A model generated the notes under the pieces. The model was not told where the DNA came from and ran no database searches. It was given only the letters and a program-made list of their open reading frames with translations. This document shows, piece by piece, positions 44,654-54,695 of a stretch of 64,000 bases of DNA (position 1 is the first letter of the stretch; the number at the start of each line of letters is the position of its first letter). Source of the DNA: a virus (lineage: Duplodnaviria > Caudoviricetes); the IMG/VR virus record IMGVR_UViG_3300025784_000006, positions 96,001-160,000 of that record; one strand, 5' to 3'. The position numbers and the translations under genes are program-made.

Positions 44654-47008
44654 ATGATTGCGAACGACCTTCACTTCGGGGGATCAAGACGACGAGCGCG
44701 AGCACAGGCGCTCGTCAACAGCATCCTGGGGGCCCAGGCCCCACGCGTGTACGTTCAGGGGACCCAGTTCGCGCATCGCGCGACCTGGATGGACCGCGTG
44801 ATCATTGGGATCGTGTGTGCCTGGGCTCGCCTCAACCCAGGCAAGCGTCCAGGCGAGATGGAGGCGGCCTCGTGGGCTGCGGAGACGCAACGGCTGCACC
44901 GAAACCTAGAGCTTCAGGGGCAGGACTGCATCGTCCTTGCGGCGCTTCCCCCCATGGGGGATCAGGACCTGGAGGTCGTGTCCGATGGCGGGGCGCTGCA
45001 TGAGACCGCGCACGGCCTCTACACGCGACGCCATGCGTACACAACCAAGGAGGTGATGGACCTCATCGTAGACCGCTGGGACGAGGTCCCTGACTGGGGG
45101 TACTGCGAGCGCGCGCTCCTCGACATCACCAACGTCGTCAACGACCCTCAGATCGAGCGCGCCCTCATGGGCGAGTACCCTGGCACGACCTCCTACATCT
45201 TCGCGCTGCGTCGCTGGTCGTGGAACCGTGAGGCGCGTGCTCTTGAGACCGCACACGCCAACCCGGAGCATGACAAGCTGATCAGCCCCTACCAGGTAGC
45301 TACCTCCCTGCTCATAGCGCTTGGCCACGACGACGTGGACGTGCCCGAGCGGACCGAGTATATCGAGGTGGTACGCAAGGTGCGGCCCGCCGTAGCCCAC
45401 ATGGTCGAGCACGGCCGCCTGCGAGAGGTGGCGGAGTCGATGCGGACCATCGCGGTCGACGACTGTGACGAACCCCTCCGCATCGCGATCCGATTCGTCT
45501 CCCTCGTGTCTGAGGCGCTTGGCGAGGACGGGGAGGCCGGGATACGTATGCCAGGCGTGCCAGGCGCAATCACCTGCCCACAGTGCGGGTCGGCGAACGT
45601 GCGCGCCATCCTGCTTCCATCAACGGCGGATGACCGCGCACGAGGAACACGACGCGCACGCTGCTCCTGCGGGAGTTGTGGGACGCTCTGGAGCACCCGA
45701 GTTCAACCTAGCGAGGGTGATTCCGAAGGGTGCACCGTCGTAGACCTCGATGAGGTCGCTGGCGCGATTCAGTCCCTTGCCGCCGCCGCCAAGACGCAGC
45801 GAGACCAGAAGTCCAACCACAAGAAGCCGGGGAAGGGACAGCCGGGGAGCGAGAAGGGTGAGAAGGGCGAGAAGGGCGAGAAGGGCGAGGAGGCGGATAA
45901 TGCAGCCGGGCAGGAGGCCGGTGCAGGAGGTCCGCAGGACCCCGACAAGGACGAGTCGGATGCGGGCAATCCAGCCGAAGCTGACCCCTCATTCGAGGTC
46001 GCCACCGAGGTGCTCGGGAAAACCAAAGAAGACGAGACGCCTACCCAGGTGGTCACGAACGTCCTTGACGACTTCGTGCAGGAGGTATGGAAGGAGCAGG
46101 AGCAAGCTGCCGTAGGGGCGGCTTATCGTCCCTACGCGCCAGGCTGCGATGAGGTCGTCGTGCCGGAGCCGAGGGACCGATCGGCCGCGATTGAGTGTAT
46201 CAGCAAGCTCCGCGACACGGCGGCGTCTGAGACTCAGGTGCTTCGGGAGGGGCTGCGTCGTCTCGTCGTGGGGATGCGGCGCACACGCGTCCTCCACGGG
46301 GTGGAGAACGGGGTTGACCTGTCCGAGCGCATGCTCGCCGACGTCGGCGCGGCCATCTCTGTCGGTGAGCCCCCGCAGCGGCCCTGGAAGCGACGCATGA
46401 ACCGCGTCGACCCTCGCTTCTCCGCCATCGTCGTGTTGGACCAGTCGTTCTCCATGGAGAACTGGATGAGCCGGGCGGTTCAGACGATGCTAGCGATCGT
46501 AGACCCCATCGACGACCTGGGTTACCCCGTCGCGGCGATAGGCTTTCAGGACAAAGAGTACCACCAAGAAGACGTGCTCCCCCTCGGGGACAACGCCAGC
46601 GAGTGTCACCGCTCGGGGTCGGGGGTGCGGGTCTTCGCCTACAAGCGGTTCGAGGAGCCGCTCAGCCTCGTGCAGCATCGCTTCGCGTCCGCCAAGGCGG
46701 ACGGAGGGACCCCTATGGCCGAGGGCATCCAGGCGGCCCTAGAGTGGATGGCCGTGCGTCGCGAGACAACCCGCTTCATCTTCGTCGTGACCGACGGGTG
46801 TCCTAATCGCGGTACAGAGAGCGTCATCGTGTCCCAGGTCGCGGAGACCGTGCGACGAGGAATCCTCATCGTCGGAGTTGGGGTCGGAGCGGGTACCGAG
46901 AAGACGATCAAGCTCTTCCATCCGACCGGCGTGAGCGTCAAGACGTTCTCAGAGGTTCCAGACGTGCTCCTCAACGTCATCTCGGACCGACTGCGCGCCA
47001 TGCACTGA
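44654..47008 (+). CDS. CobT-like protein: HExxH domain + Zn ribbon + acidic linker + vWA
   Basis: LHETAH, NVVNDPQIE, CPQCG/CGSCG, (EKG)x4, MIDAS VLDQSFS, GGTP, VVTDG; alternative start 44528. Confidence 0.85.
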   Translation: MIANDLHFGGSRRRARAQALVNSILGAQAPRVYVQGTQFAHRATWMDRVIIGIVCAWARLNPGKRPGEMEAASWAAETQRLHRNLELQGQDCIVLAALPPMGDQDLEVVSDGGALHETAHGLYTRRHAYTTKEVMDLIVDRWDEVPDWGYCERALLDITNVVNDPQIERALMGEYPGTTSYIFALRRWSWNREARALETAHANPEHDKLISPYQVATSLLIALGHDDVDVPERTEYIEVVRKVRPAVAHMVEHGRLREVAESMRTIAVDDCDEPLRIAIRFVSLVSEALGEDGEAGIRMPGVPGAITCPQCGSANVRAILLPSTADDRARGTRRARCSCGSCGTLWSTRVQPSEGDSEGCTVVDLDEVAGAIQSLAAAAKTQRDQKSNHKKPGKGQPGSEKGEKGEKGEKGEEADNAAGQEAGAGGPQDPDKDESDAGNPAEADPSFEVATEVLGKTKEDETPTQVVTNVLDDFVQEVWKEQEQAAVGAAYRPYAPGCDEVVVPEPRDRSAAIECISKLRDTAASETQVLREGLRRLVVGMRRTRVLHGVENGVDLSERMLADVGAAISVGEPPQRPWKRRMNRVDPRFSAIVVLDQSFSMENWMSRAVQTMLAIVDPIDDLGYPVAAIGFQDKEYHQEDVLPLGDNASECHRSGSGVRVFAYKRFEEPLSLVQHRFASAKADGGTPMAEGIQAALEWMAVRRETTRFIFVVTDGCPNRGTESVIVSQVAETVRRGILIVGVGVGAGTEKTIKLFHPTGVSVKTFSEVPDVLLNVISDRLRAMH

Positions 47009-47051
47009 CCCGCTCAGCTCCCATTCCCGTCGTTGCCTAGCTCATCCTCTG

Positions 47052-48263
47052 ATGACGAACGTGTCCCAAGTATTGTGTCTTGAGTGCGGTTATCCACAGG
47101 ACTACGCACTACACGACCACCTGATCCACAGCCATGCGATGACGGTACGCCAGTACCTCGCGCAGCACCCAGACGCCACGACGGTATCTCCAAGACTCGC
47201 GGCGAAGATTGCATCCCAGGTAGACCCGACCAGGCCCCGCAAGGCCGTCCGCGGCTCCCTGTCCATCAACCTAGCTGGGATACAATTCCCTGTCGACCTT
47301 CGAGTACCCTTGTCTGCGTGCCTTCCGCCGCCAGAAGACTACGTCTTACCGGACACCGGCGCGTCGAAGGTCTCCGTTCAGCACATCCTGACCTCGATCC
47401 GCAAGCGTCGCACCACGTGGGTCTATGGCCCTACGGGCTCGGGCAAGGATGCGATCATCCACTTCGTGAGTGCCCTGTGTCGTATTCCCGGCCTGTTCGT
47501 GGAGTTTCGACCAGACAGCGACTCGTCAGCCAAGATCGCGTGCCGCAGCTTCCACAACGGGTCCACCGTGTGGGAGGAGGGGGAGGTCCTGCGCGCGATC
47601 TGCGACGGGTACGTGATTCGGGATGCGGACGGCAGCGTCGTGGATCGTGTGCCCTACCTCATCCTGCTATCGGACCTGGACCGCGCGAGCCCCGACCAGA
47701 TGGAGATCTTCCGACCCATCATCGACTCCATCTCTGGGCGCGTGCCGATGCCGAACGGGAAGATCCGTACCGTCCTCCGCGGAACCCAGTTCATCGCGAC
47801 GGCTAACACCGTCGGATCTGGCGAGCGGACAGTCGACTACGTGACGGCTCAGCCGCAGGACATCTCGATGCTCAATCGCTTCGAGTGCTTCCATCGCCTC
47901 GACTACCCTGAATGGAACATCACCGCGGAGGCTCTACGGCGCCACTTTCCTGACCTCCTCGGAAAGTGTCCCGAGCTCGTCGATCGCCTCGGAGAGTTCG
48001 TCAAGGCGCTGCGCAAGGAGAATGGACGCGTCCTCAAGACGCCGTTCAGCCATCGCGACGCGGTGGCGTGCTTCAACCACATCTCAGACCTCATCGAGGT
48101 GGCCGGCTGGACGGCGGTCACCGGAGACAAGAAGATCATCTTCGCCGGCATGCGGTCCTGGTTCCATCGCCTCCCCCCTGACGCGGTCTCCATCGCGCTT
48201 GGGATCGCCAACACCCACATGAAGGACGTCGACGTCCCCAAGACGCTTGAAGCCTTCCCCTAG
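47052..48263 (+). CDS. MoxR/CobS-like AAA+ ATPase with N-terminal C2H2 finger
   Basis: CLECG...HDHLIHSH; GPTGSGKD; ILLSDLD; ATANT; LNRF. Confidence 0.88.
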   Translation: MTNVSQVLCLECGYPQDYALHDHLIHSHAMTVRQYLAQHPDATTVSPRLAAKIASQVDPTRPRKAVRGSLSINLAGIQFPVDLRVPLSACLPPPEDYVLPDTGASKVSVQHILTSIRKRRTTWVYGPTGSGKDAIIHFVSALCRIPGLFVEFRPDSDSSAKIACRSFHNGSTVWEEGEVLRAICDGYVIRDADGSVVDRVPYLILLSDLDRASPDQMEIFRPIIDSISGRVPMPNGKIRTVLRGTQFIATANTVGSGERTVDYVTAQPQDISMLNRFECFHRLDYPEWNITAEALRRHFPDLLGKCPELVDRLGEFVKALRKENGRVLKTPFSHRDAVACFNHISDLIEVAGWTAVTGDKKIIFAGMRSWFHRLPPDAVSIALGIANTHMKDVDVPKTLEAFP

Positions 48264-48272
48264 GAGACGTCC

Positions 48273-48608
48273 ATGGCCCAATCAGAACCCAACCTGCGCG
48301 TCGTCGCGCAGCTACAACCCGACACCGACGCTCCCGACCTCGGGCCCCTGTTGTCCAGCGAGCTCGCCAAGCGGAGCAACTGCCCGAGCTTCGGGGCTTT
48401 CCTGGAGGGGCATCCCGAATGTTCGGACTGCTGCGTGAGGCGCGCGTGTGAGGTGCGCCTCACGCAGCACCTGTTGACCGAAGCGAGCGCGCTCCAGCGT
48501 CTGGACAACATCTCAAGCGCAGCGAACGTGTCGGACCTCGTCGGCCCGGCCGCCGCTACGGGGCTGCGGATACCTACCGCCGTGAGACGTGGACTAAAGA
48601 CCTCCTAG
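48273..48608 (+). CDS. Small Cys-rich hypothetical protein
   Basis: CPSFG...CSDCCVRRAC; AGGAG SD. Confidence 0.7.
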   Translation: MAQSEPNLRVVAQLQPDTDAPDLGPLLSSELAKRSNCPSFGAFLEGHPECSDCCVRRACEVRLTQHLLTEASALQRLDNISSAANVSDLVGPAAATGLRIPTAVRRGLKTS

Positions 48609-48859
48609 CGGCGCAGGTACGCAGCGGCCACCTTGAACCCCTGCGCGGTCAGGGCGTCACGTCGCGTGGTCACCCACCCCTTGGAGGCCGCGTGGTCCAG
48701 GTAGGGAGATCCTCGCTCCTCGTCTGGGATGACGGGCTGCACGCGACACACCTGCCGGTTGGCCCACTCGGTGAGGCGCTGTCGCGTCATCTCGGCCACG
48801 AAGTCTGCTTCTCCGGTGAGGGTTTTCTTCGGTTTCGTTTCGATCTTGTCGTTCTGCAT
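48605..48859 (-). CDS. Small hypothetical protein (winged-helix-like end)
   Basis: KGWV...LTAQGFKVA. Confidence 0.6.
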   Translation of the reverse strand: MQNDKIETKPKKTLTGEADFVAEMTRQRLTEWANRQVCRVQPVIPDEERGSPYLDHAASKGWVTTRRDALTAQGFKVAAAYLRR

Positions 48860-48861
48860 GG

Positions 48862-50103
48862 TTAGGCTCGCATGGGCATGAGGGCTGTGACAGCGTCGTT
48901 GGGGTCCGTGTCTTCCTGGTCGAACAGGTCTCCAAAGGGCACGTCCCTCACGTACAGGGGGCTGAGCTCGGGGTCGTTGGACCTGGAGGACGACGCGCGC
49001 TCGATGCGCGTCGTCACGGCATTCTCGGTGATGGATCGCACCACCTGCGACAAGTAGCGTACTCCCACGACGGAGTGGAAAGGCTCCAAGTCCCCCTTCG
49101 TCCACTCGATGGGGATTGTCCAGCGCAGTGCCGTGTCGCCGATGTTGATCGTCAGCACCCCGTTGTTCACGTCGAGGACGACGGAGCTCTTCTCCGTCTT
49201 AGCGGCCTGGGTGACGACCTCCGCCACCGTGCTTCGGAGCAGGGGAGCGCTCATGTCGAACCCGATGTACTCCCCTGTTGCTGACGGCAGGAGGGCGTCG
49301 TACGGGGGGAACGAGTCTACGTGCGACATGAACACGTTCTGCCCCCCGCAGCGGGCCATCCACGTCATGCTGTCGCGGGCAGGGTTCTTGAGCAGGTAGG
49401 TCGTAGGTTCCTGGAACCGGGTCAGCGCCCGCATGGCCTTGCGCGGGATGCCGAACTTTTCAACCTTGGTGGCGGTGATGAGGGGGGATCGCAGACGACG
49501 GACCACGAGGATGTGTCCGTTCGTTGCGACCCCCTGCACGAGGCCCGGAGACACCTCGACGGGAGCCCAGCCGATCTGACTGCGCGTTTCGTCCTCTCCC
49601 ACGAAGGGCTGCATCATGTCGATGAGCCCACGAAGCAGGGGGGTGGGTAGGTGGCCCACCTCCTCGAGGGGCGCGACCCTCTCGTTCCAGAGAGCGGCTG
49701 GGTCATCGCTCGTGGTGATTCCCGCGCCTCCGACACCCTCCGCAACCTCCCCGTCCTCCCTGAGGATGAACACCTTGCTCCCGTCGAACTGGATCGCGGA
49801 GGGTCGCGTGGTCTTGAGGATTTCTGCGCTGAGCTCGTCCACCTTCCCCGCGACACGAACCCCCGTGCTGTTGACGACGGGCACGTCGGTACGAGTCATG
49901 TAGACGTTGTCGGGATCCGCCGAGCAGGCGGTAGAGAACACGGAGATCGCGTCCCCCTCGACGAGGAAGAGCGGAGGAATGTAGCGGTCCTTGACGTGGT
50001 TCGCCGCCTCAACGAGGGTCTGCGCGGTTCGCTTTCCAGGCAGGAAGCGAACCAGCCCCTTCTTCAGACGAGACCGAGACGGTTCGGGTGGGGTCTTCTT
50101 CAT
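48862..50103 (-). CDS. Second beta-clamp-like protein
   Basis: GEDETRSQI, VATNGHIL, IPRKAM, FPPYDALLP, VRYLSQV, C-terminal LMPMR. Confidence 0.8.
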   Translation of the reverse strand: MKKTPPEPSRSRLKKGLVRFLPGKRTAQTLVEAANHVKDRYIPPLFLVEGDAISVFSTACSADPDNVYMTRTDVPVVNSTGVRVAGKVDELSAEILKTTRPSAIQFDGSKVFILREDGEVAEGVGGAGITTSDDPAALWNERVAPLEEVGHLPTPLLRGLIDMMQPFVGEDETRSQIGWAPVEVSPGLVQGVATNGHILVVRRLRSPLITATKVEKFGIPRKAMRALTRFQEPTTYLLKNPARDSMTWMARCGGQNVFMSHVDSFPPYDALLPSATGEYIGFDMSAPLLRSTVAEVVTQAAKTEKSSVVLDVNNGVLTINIGDTALRWTIPIEWTKGDLEPFHSVVGVRYLSQVVRSITENAVTTRIERASSSRSNDPELSPLYVRDVPFGDLFDQEDTDPNDAVTALMPMRA

Positions 50104-50177
50104 GGGATGGGGTGTCCTGAGCGTGAGAGTTAGGTATCGTTCAGCTCCACTGATACCCGTTAGAGCTATTGATCCCC

Positions 50178-51359
50178 ATGAACCAGACCCCGCTATCAGA
50201 GCTGATCGACTCTTCCCGTGCCTGTATCCCAGCACACGGGCGTGTTCCGACCGTCATCTACGCCGCAGGGGGTGGGGCGGAAGCTGCCGCCGTCCTCCAG
50301 CGAACGATCGGCTGCACGAACGTCCTCATGGACGCAGGATCTCCCTACAGTCGGGAGGCTGTCACGCAGGTCGTGGGCCAGCGCATGCAGACCCGCATGG
50401 AGAATGGTGTTCGAGTCGGTGGGGCAACGAGCTTCGCGGCCTCGCACCTCTTGGCCTCGGCCGCTTGGGTCCGCGCGAGCTCGTGCGCGACTCTGGAGGA
50501 GCAGGCGCGGGGCCTTCCCGTAGGAGCCGCGGTGACCTGCACGCTCTCCGGCGTGACCTCGACTCGTGACCACGGGGACGAGGCGTACGTGGTGGTCCGG
50601 TTCGGCCCGAGCGGCCATAACACCATCGAGGCACACATCTTGTGGCAGCACGGGCAGAAGGTGTGCGACCGGGCTCAGCAGTCCGAGATCGCAGGGCTCG
50701 CAGTGCTCCGTGCCCTCCTAGGGGCGCGTGAGCGCGTCGAGGGGATCATCGACTCGGGTCTGTGGTCCGCCTGGGGGATCGAGTCCATCTCGTGGCGCGG
50801 CCACTACAAGCGCGTCGTCTCCCTGCCCCCCGAGGGTCAGGATGCCTACCTGCCTGCGTTCGGGACGGAGTGGATCCCGCTACCCAAGCTCGACCCCACG
50901 ACCCACTACCTCTTCTCGGGGTCGTTCCGGCCGCTGCACTACGGTCACCTGCACAACCGCACCCAGGTGGACCTCCACACGGGCCGGCGCGGCATCCTCC
51001 AGTTGTCGCGCAACCACCCGAAGAAGGGTCCCATCGAGCCTGAGCGCATCCAAGAGGTCGCTGCCGCTACCTACGGGGTATGTGACCTGCTGGTCGGAGA
51101 GGATGACGGGCGCTACGCGGACAAGGTGGCCCGTTGGGGTCTGGACGTGGCACTCGGGACGGACGTGTACCCCCATATCTCCAGAACCGACTGCGCACAG
51201 ATTGCTGGAATGGGGCGCAATCTCCTCCTCATCGATCGCCTCTGCGACGACACTGAGATGCCACGCAAGCTCAAGGGGATCGCGGACGCCGCCTCCTTCG
51301 GGTTCCCGCTGGTCTACTGCTCGCCCTACAAGGTGAGCTCGACGATCCTGCGCCCTTAG
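50178..51359 (+). CDS. CinA/PncC-like + HxGH nucleotidyltransferase (NMNAT/NadD-like) fusion
   Basis: N-terminal AAGGG...GCTNVL...PYSREA; C-terminal FSGSFRPLHYGH and KVSSTILR. Confidence 0.7.
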   Translation: MNQTPLSELIDSSRACIPAHGRVPTVIYAAGGGAEAAAVLQRTIGCTNVLMDAGSPYSREAVTQVVGQRMQTRMENGVRVGGATSFAASHLLASAAWVRASSCATLEEQARGLPVGAAVTCTLSGVTSTRDHGDEAYVVVRFGPSGHNTIEAHILWQHGQKVCDRAQQSEIAGLAVLRALLGARERVEGIIDSGLWSAWGIESISWRGHYKRVVSLPPEGQDAYLPAFGTEWIPLPKLDPTTHYLFSGSFRPLHYGHLHNRTQVDLHTGRRGILQLSRNHPKKGPIEPERIQEVAAATYGVCDLLVGEDDGRYADKVARWGLDVALGTDVYPHISRTDCAQIAGMGRNLLLIDRLCDDTEMPRKLKGIADAASFGFPLVYCSPYKVSSTILRP

Positions 51360-51398
51360 CATGCGTGCGTGCCCCGTAGGTCAAGCTTCCGGAGGAAG

Positions 51399-52175
51399 CT
51401 ACGCCCCCGGATGTCGGACGCACAGGACTTGACCATCAACCCTGGCGACCGGGACGATCCCGCTTCCGATCGCTAGCGCCAGGCGCGCGGCCTCGTCGAG
51501 CGGCCAGCCCCCCGCCGCGCACATCCCCGCCCACGCGAGGACTTCAACCCCCTGCTCGTACACGTCGATCCCGTGCTCCCCCGCGACCGCCGCTAGCACC
51601 GACAGCGCTGAGTAGTCCTCCCACCTGGCGGTCAGGCGTCGGAGGGTGCGCCTGACCCACCCAGGAGCGCGCAGCAGCCACCAGGAGTGCGGGGGCACGA
51701 CGTGCCTGACCTCCCGGCCCACCTCGTGCAGCGCCCGCAGGACCGCGCGGCAGGACTGCACCTGCACGCCCCCACAGCACCAGGCGGCCTGGTGCCGCAG
51801 CGCCCCGCGCATGAGGCTCCAGGCCACGGGACCTCCGAGGTCGGGAAGCCGCTGGAGCACGACCGCGGAGATCGACAGCCCCCCGGGTCGCCAGGAGGGC
51901 ACGGTCGCGCGTACGACCCCCACCGCCTGGCGCGGGTCCTTCCTCGTGGTGTAGTGGAGCATCGCGCGTTGAACGGTCGTGACGCTGTGCGCCCTGACGT
52001 CGCGCAGGATGGCCTGCATGCACGCAGGAAGGTCGTCGCAGGGCACGGGGACGTCCCAGGGGATGGGCGAGGTGCTCGGAGCCCAGTCGGCCTGCCCGAA
52101 GACCCCGAAGAGCTCCAGGGCGCGCGTCCGGCGGCCAAGTGCCGCCACCTCGTCAGGTGTCCACCGCAGCGTCAA
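51399..52175 (-). CDS. Hypothetical protein
   Basis: 258 aa, TTG start. Confidence 0.55.
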   Translation of the reverse strand: MTLRWTPDEVAALGRRTRALELFGVFGQADWAPSTSPIPWDVPVPCDDLPACMQAILRDVRAHSVTTVQRAMLHYTTRKDPRQAVGVVRATVPSWRPGGLSISAVVLQRLPDLGGPVAWSLMRGALRHQAAWCCGGVQVQSCRAVLRALHEVGREVRHVVPPHSWWLLRAPGWVRRTLRRLTARWEDYSALSVLAAVAGEHGIDVYEQGVEVLAWAGMCAAGGWPLDEAARLALAIGSGIVPVARVDGQVLCVRHPGA

Positions 52176-52995
52176 TCAGCACCATGCGACGCGCGCCCGG
52201 CACGTACCCGAGGGGAAAGAAGCCACCCGCGCTCGCCACCAGGCCCCACCAGACCGGAGTGTGCGGGGCGATCCCCATCACGACCTCGGTGGCCGCGTAG
52301 ATCAGGAGTCTTGAGGCCCAGTCGCCGCCGAGGGTGGTGTCCACCCAGGACAGGACGTCCGTCAGGATCTGGTTCAGCTGGACGGTGAGCAGGAGGAGGT
52401 GCTTCCACGTCACCTCGTACAAGGGTGACAGGACGATGGTTCGGCTCGCCGCGGGCCACGGACGTACCCGCTCGGTGCGCGCGAGGCGTGCGGCCTTGCG
52501 CAGGGAGGCCACCTCGACCTCCACACCCCACTCGACGCGCAGCGTGCTGCGCACGATGGCGAGGACGCGGTTGCGGTCCCTGCGCTGCCCGTGGACCTGC
52601 TGGAGCCACGAGAGCGCGTAGGCCGTACGCTGCTGAAGGAACAGGACGAGCGCGTTGGGGGGCGGGTCCGACGCCTCGTGCAGGTGGGCGACCCCCCAGG
52701 GGGGAGGCCCCTCCTCGGTCACGGGCACCACGTACGGGACGACGGGGACCCGCTTGTGTACCTCGTTCGTGCCCGCGCGCCTGCGGACCTCCTCCTCGGT
52801 GGGCTTGCGCGCCTTCGCGGGGCAAAGGTCGCACGTCTCGCGGTGCGCCCGCACCGCGTCTAGCAGGCTCCGCGTCGCGGAACTGCTCCAGCAGAGGGGC
52901 TTGTCCCGACAGGCCCAGACGTACCCGACCCCGCGGTAGCTGCCCCTGCTGCGCGAGAACAGGTCGGGGCGTGGGGGAAGGTCAGGCCACAACAT
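52153..52995 (-). CDS. Hypothetical protein
   Basis: MLWPDLPP...; the ORF-track upstream extension overlaps the methylase. Confidence 0.55.
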   Translation of the reverse strand: MLWPDLPPRPDLFSRSRGSYRGVGYVWACRDKPLCWSSSATRSLLDAVRAHRETCDLCPAKARKPTEEEVRRRAGTNEVHKRVPVVPYVVPVTEEGPPPWGVAHLHEASDPPPNALVLFLQQRTAYALSWLQQVHGQRRDRNRVLAIVRSTLRVEWGVEVEVASLRKAARLARTERVRPWPAASRTIVLSPLYEVTWKHLLLLTVQLNQILTDVLSWVDTTLGGDWASRLLIYAATEVVMGIAPHTPVWWGLVASAGGFFPLGYVPGARRMVLIDAAVDT

Positions 52996-53030
52996 GCGGG
53001 GAGGTTCGCGGTCGAAGGGCGCGGGAGCTG

Positions 53031-53882
53031 TCAGGCCGTCAGGAAGGGCTGCTTGTCGGCCTCGCGGAGGAGCCGCAGCCCAGGCTCCCGCCACTGGGGG
53101 TCCTTGTCGATGCCGACGAACCGGCGGCCCGACTCGACCGCCGACGCCCCCACGGTGACCATCCCGCAGAACGGGTCGAGAATGATCCCTCCAGGCGGGC
53201 ACAGGTAGCGGACGAGCCGGTCGCAGAGCTCCCGGGGGATCCCGGCCCCGTGCCCCTCCTCCCCGGAGGACCGGTGCGAGGCCGTGTTCGCGGCGAAGAA
53301 GCAGTTGAAGGGCGTGGTCCCCCCGCGCTCGTCGAACGCCTCGCGCGTGCGCCCCTGGACGACGTGGTGGCCAGAGGGCCGGCGCTGGAAGCTCCGGTCC
53401 TCGAGCGACACCTGGAGGATGCGGTCGGAGGGAGCCCACAGGATCTCGTCCTGCGCGCGGTAGCAGTCGGGGGGACCGACCCACACGAGCCACTTCATCC
53501 CGCACCGCAGGAGCCCCACGGTGCGCCGCGAGTGGACCGTCGGCATGGCGGCTCGGTTGAACCAGTAGACGTCCTGCACGAGGTTCCACCACCGGCCCAC
53601 CCACAGGACGAACTCGTGCGCCCACAGGCGCATCTTCCCCGGCGTCTCGGCGTTCGGCTGGATGACCATGAGGATCGATCCCCGGGGGGTGAGGCGGTCG
53701 CGGCACAGCGGGAGCAGGGTCTGCATCATCGCGTGCCAGTCGGCCTCGGTCATCCGGCCGTAGGGGCGGTCGATCTCCGGGTACGGCGGGTCGGTGAGCA
53801 CGAGGTCGAAGCGCTGGTCGGCGGGAAGCTGGGGCAGCACGTCGACGCAGTTTCCCGTCAGCAGGGAGTAGGAGGGGGGCAT
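53031..53882 (-). CDS. DNA N6-adenine/N4-cytosine methyltransferase (beta class)
   Basis: GNCVDVL, LTDPPY, ILDPFCG, RRFVGID. Confidence 0.9.
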   Translation of the reverse strand: MPPSYSLLTGNCVDVLPQLPADQRFDLVLTDPPYPEIDRPYGRMTEADWHAMMQTLLPLCRDRLTPRGSILMVIQPNAETPGKMRLWAHEFVLWVGRWWNLVQDVYWFNRAAMPTVHSRRTVGLLRCGMKWLVWVGPPDCYRAQDEILWAPSDRILQVSLEDRSFQRRPSGHHVVQGRTREAFDERGGTTPFNCFFAANTASHRSSGEEGHGAGIPRELCDRLVRYLCPPGGIILDPFCGMVTVGASAVESGRRFVGIDKDPQWREPGLRLLREADKQPFLTA

Positions 53883-53904
53883 CCCAGCAACGTACCCAGC
53901 GGCC

Positions 53905-54579
53905 CTACTTGCAGCAGAGAATCCCGTTGCTGGGGCTGTCCCCCGACGCCTGGCGCACGTCCGAACCCGGACACCCGAGCCCGATGTTCAAGCACGCCAT
54001 GCCGCGCGTGAACCCCCCGCAGGCCGGCGAGAGCGGCACCGAGACGCGCGTGTTGTTGAGCCCTCGCTGCCCGCAGCCGATGAGCGCCGGCAGGTAGCTC
54101 CCCGCGGGGGGCGTGCAGGTCACCTTGTCGTAGGGGGGCGCGTCCACCACGTACCCCGGCACGGTCGAGGCGAAGAACCCCATCCCGATCGGCATCGCGC
54201 AGATCTGCGGGAAGTTCGAGCTCGGCGGCCGGCTCCCGCAGAGCGAGAACCCGGCCGGGCACTTGTTGGCGAGCGGGTTGAGGACGGGGTCGAACGTGTT
54301 GACCTCGCACGCGATCGTCTGGGTGTCCAGGTAGTAGCAGCCGCCAGGGACCGCCGGCCCCGCCGGGGTCTTGGCGGCGCAGTACCCGTCCGCCTCGCAC
54401 CGCGTGGTCGCGCAGTCCGCGTCGACCTTGCAGGGCGGGATACAGAAGCCCTCGGCACACTTGCTGCCGTCAGGGCACACCAGGTAGTTGCCGCTCGCCC
54501 CGCAGAGGTTCGTCGGGAGCGACGAGGAACATCCTGACAAGGTGCTGACCAAGGTCACGCAGCACAAGGACAGCCGCAT
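53905..54579 (-). CDS. Cys-rich putative lipoprotein
   Basis: Lipobox LSGC; CPDGSKCAEGFC, CKVDADC, terminal GILCC; AGGAGG SD. Confidence 0.8.
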   Translation of the reverse strand: MRLSLCCVTLVSTLSGCSSSLPTNLCGASGNYLVCPDGSKCAEGFCIPPCKVDADCATTRCEADGYCAAKTPAGPAVPGGCYYLDTQTIACEVNTFDPVLNPLANKCPAGFSLCGSRPPSSNFPQICAMPIGMGFFASTVPGYVVDAPPYDKVTCTPPAGSYLPALIGCGQRGLNNTRVSVPLSPACGGFTRGMACLNIGLGCPGSDVRQASGDSPSNGILCCK

Positions 54580-54590
54580 TCGCGCCTCCT

Positions 54591-54631
54591 AAAAAAACAA
54601 GGCGCAGAGACCTTTCGGTCCCTGCGCCTTG
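54591..54631 (-). terminator. Rho-independent terminator
   Basis: CAAGGCGCAG...CTGCGCCTTG stem followed by T7 on the minus strand; second hairpin at 54646-54669. Confidence 0.85.
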
Positions 54632-54695
54632 AGGAGTCCAGGGTCAGGGGTGAGCTCAAGCTCACCCCTCGGCTGGTGCGGGTGTCCGCCCCGAA

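Noticed and set aside
45850-45888. (GAGAAGGGY)x4 repeat
   Set aside because: Simple coding linker EKGEKG inside the CobT-like protein
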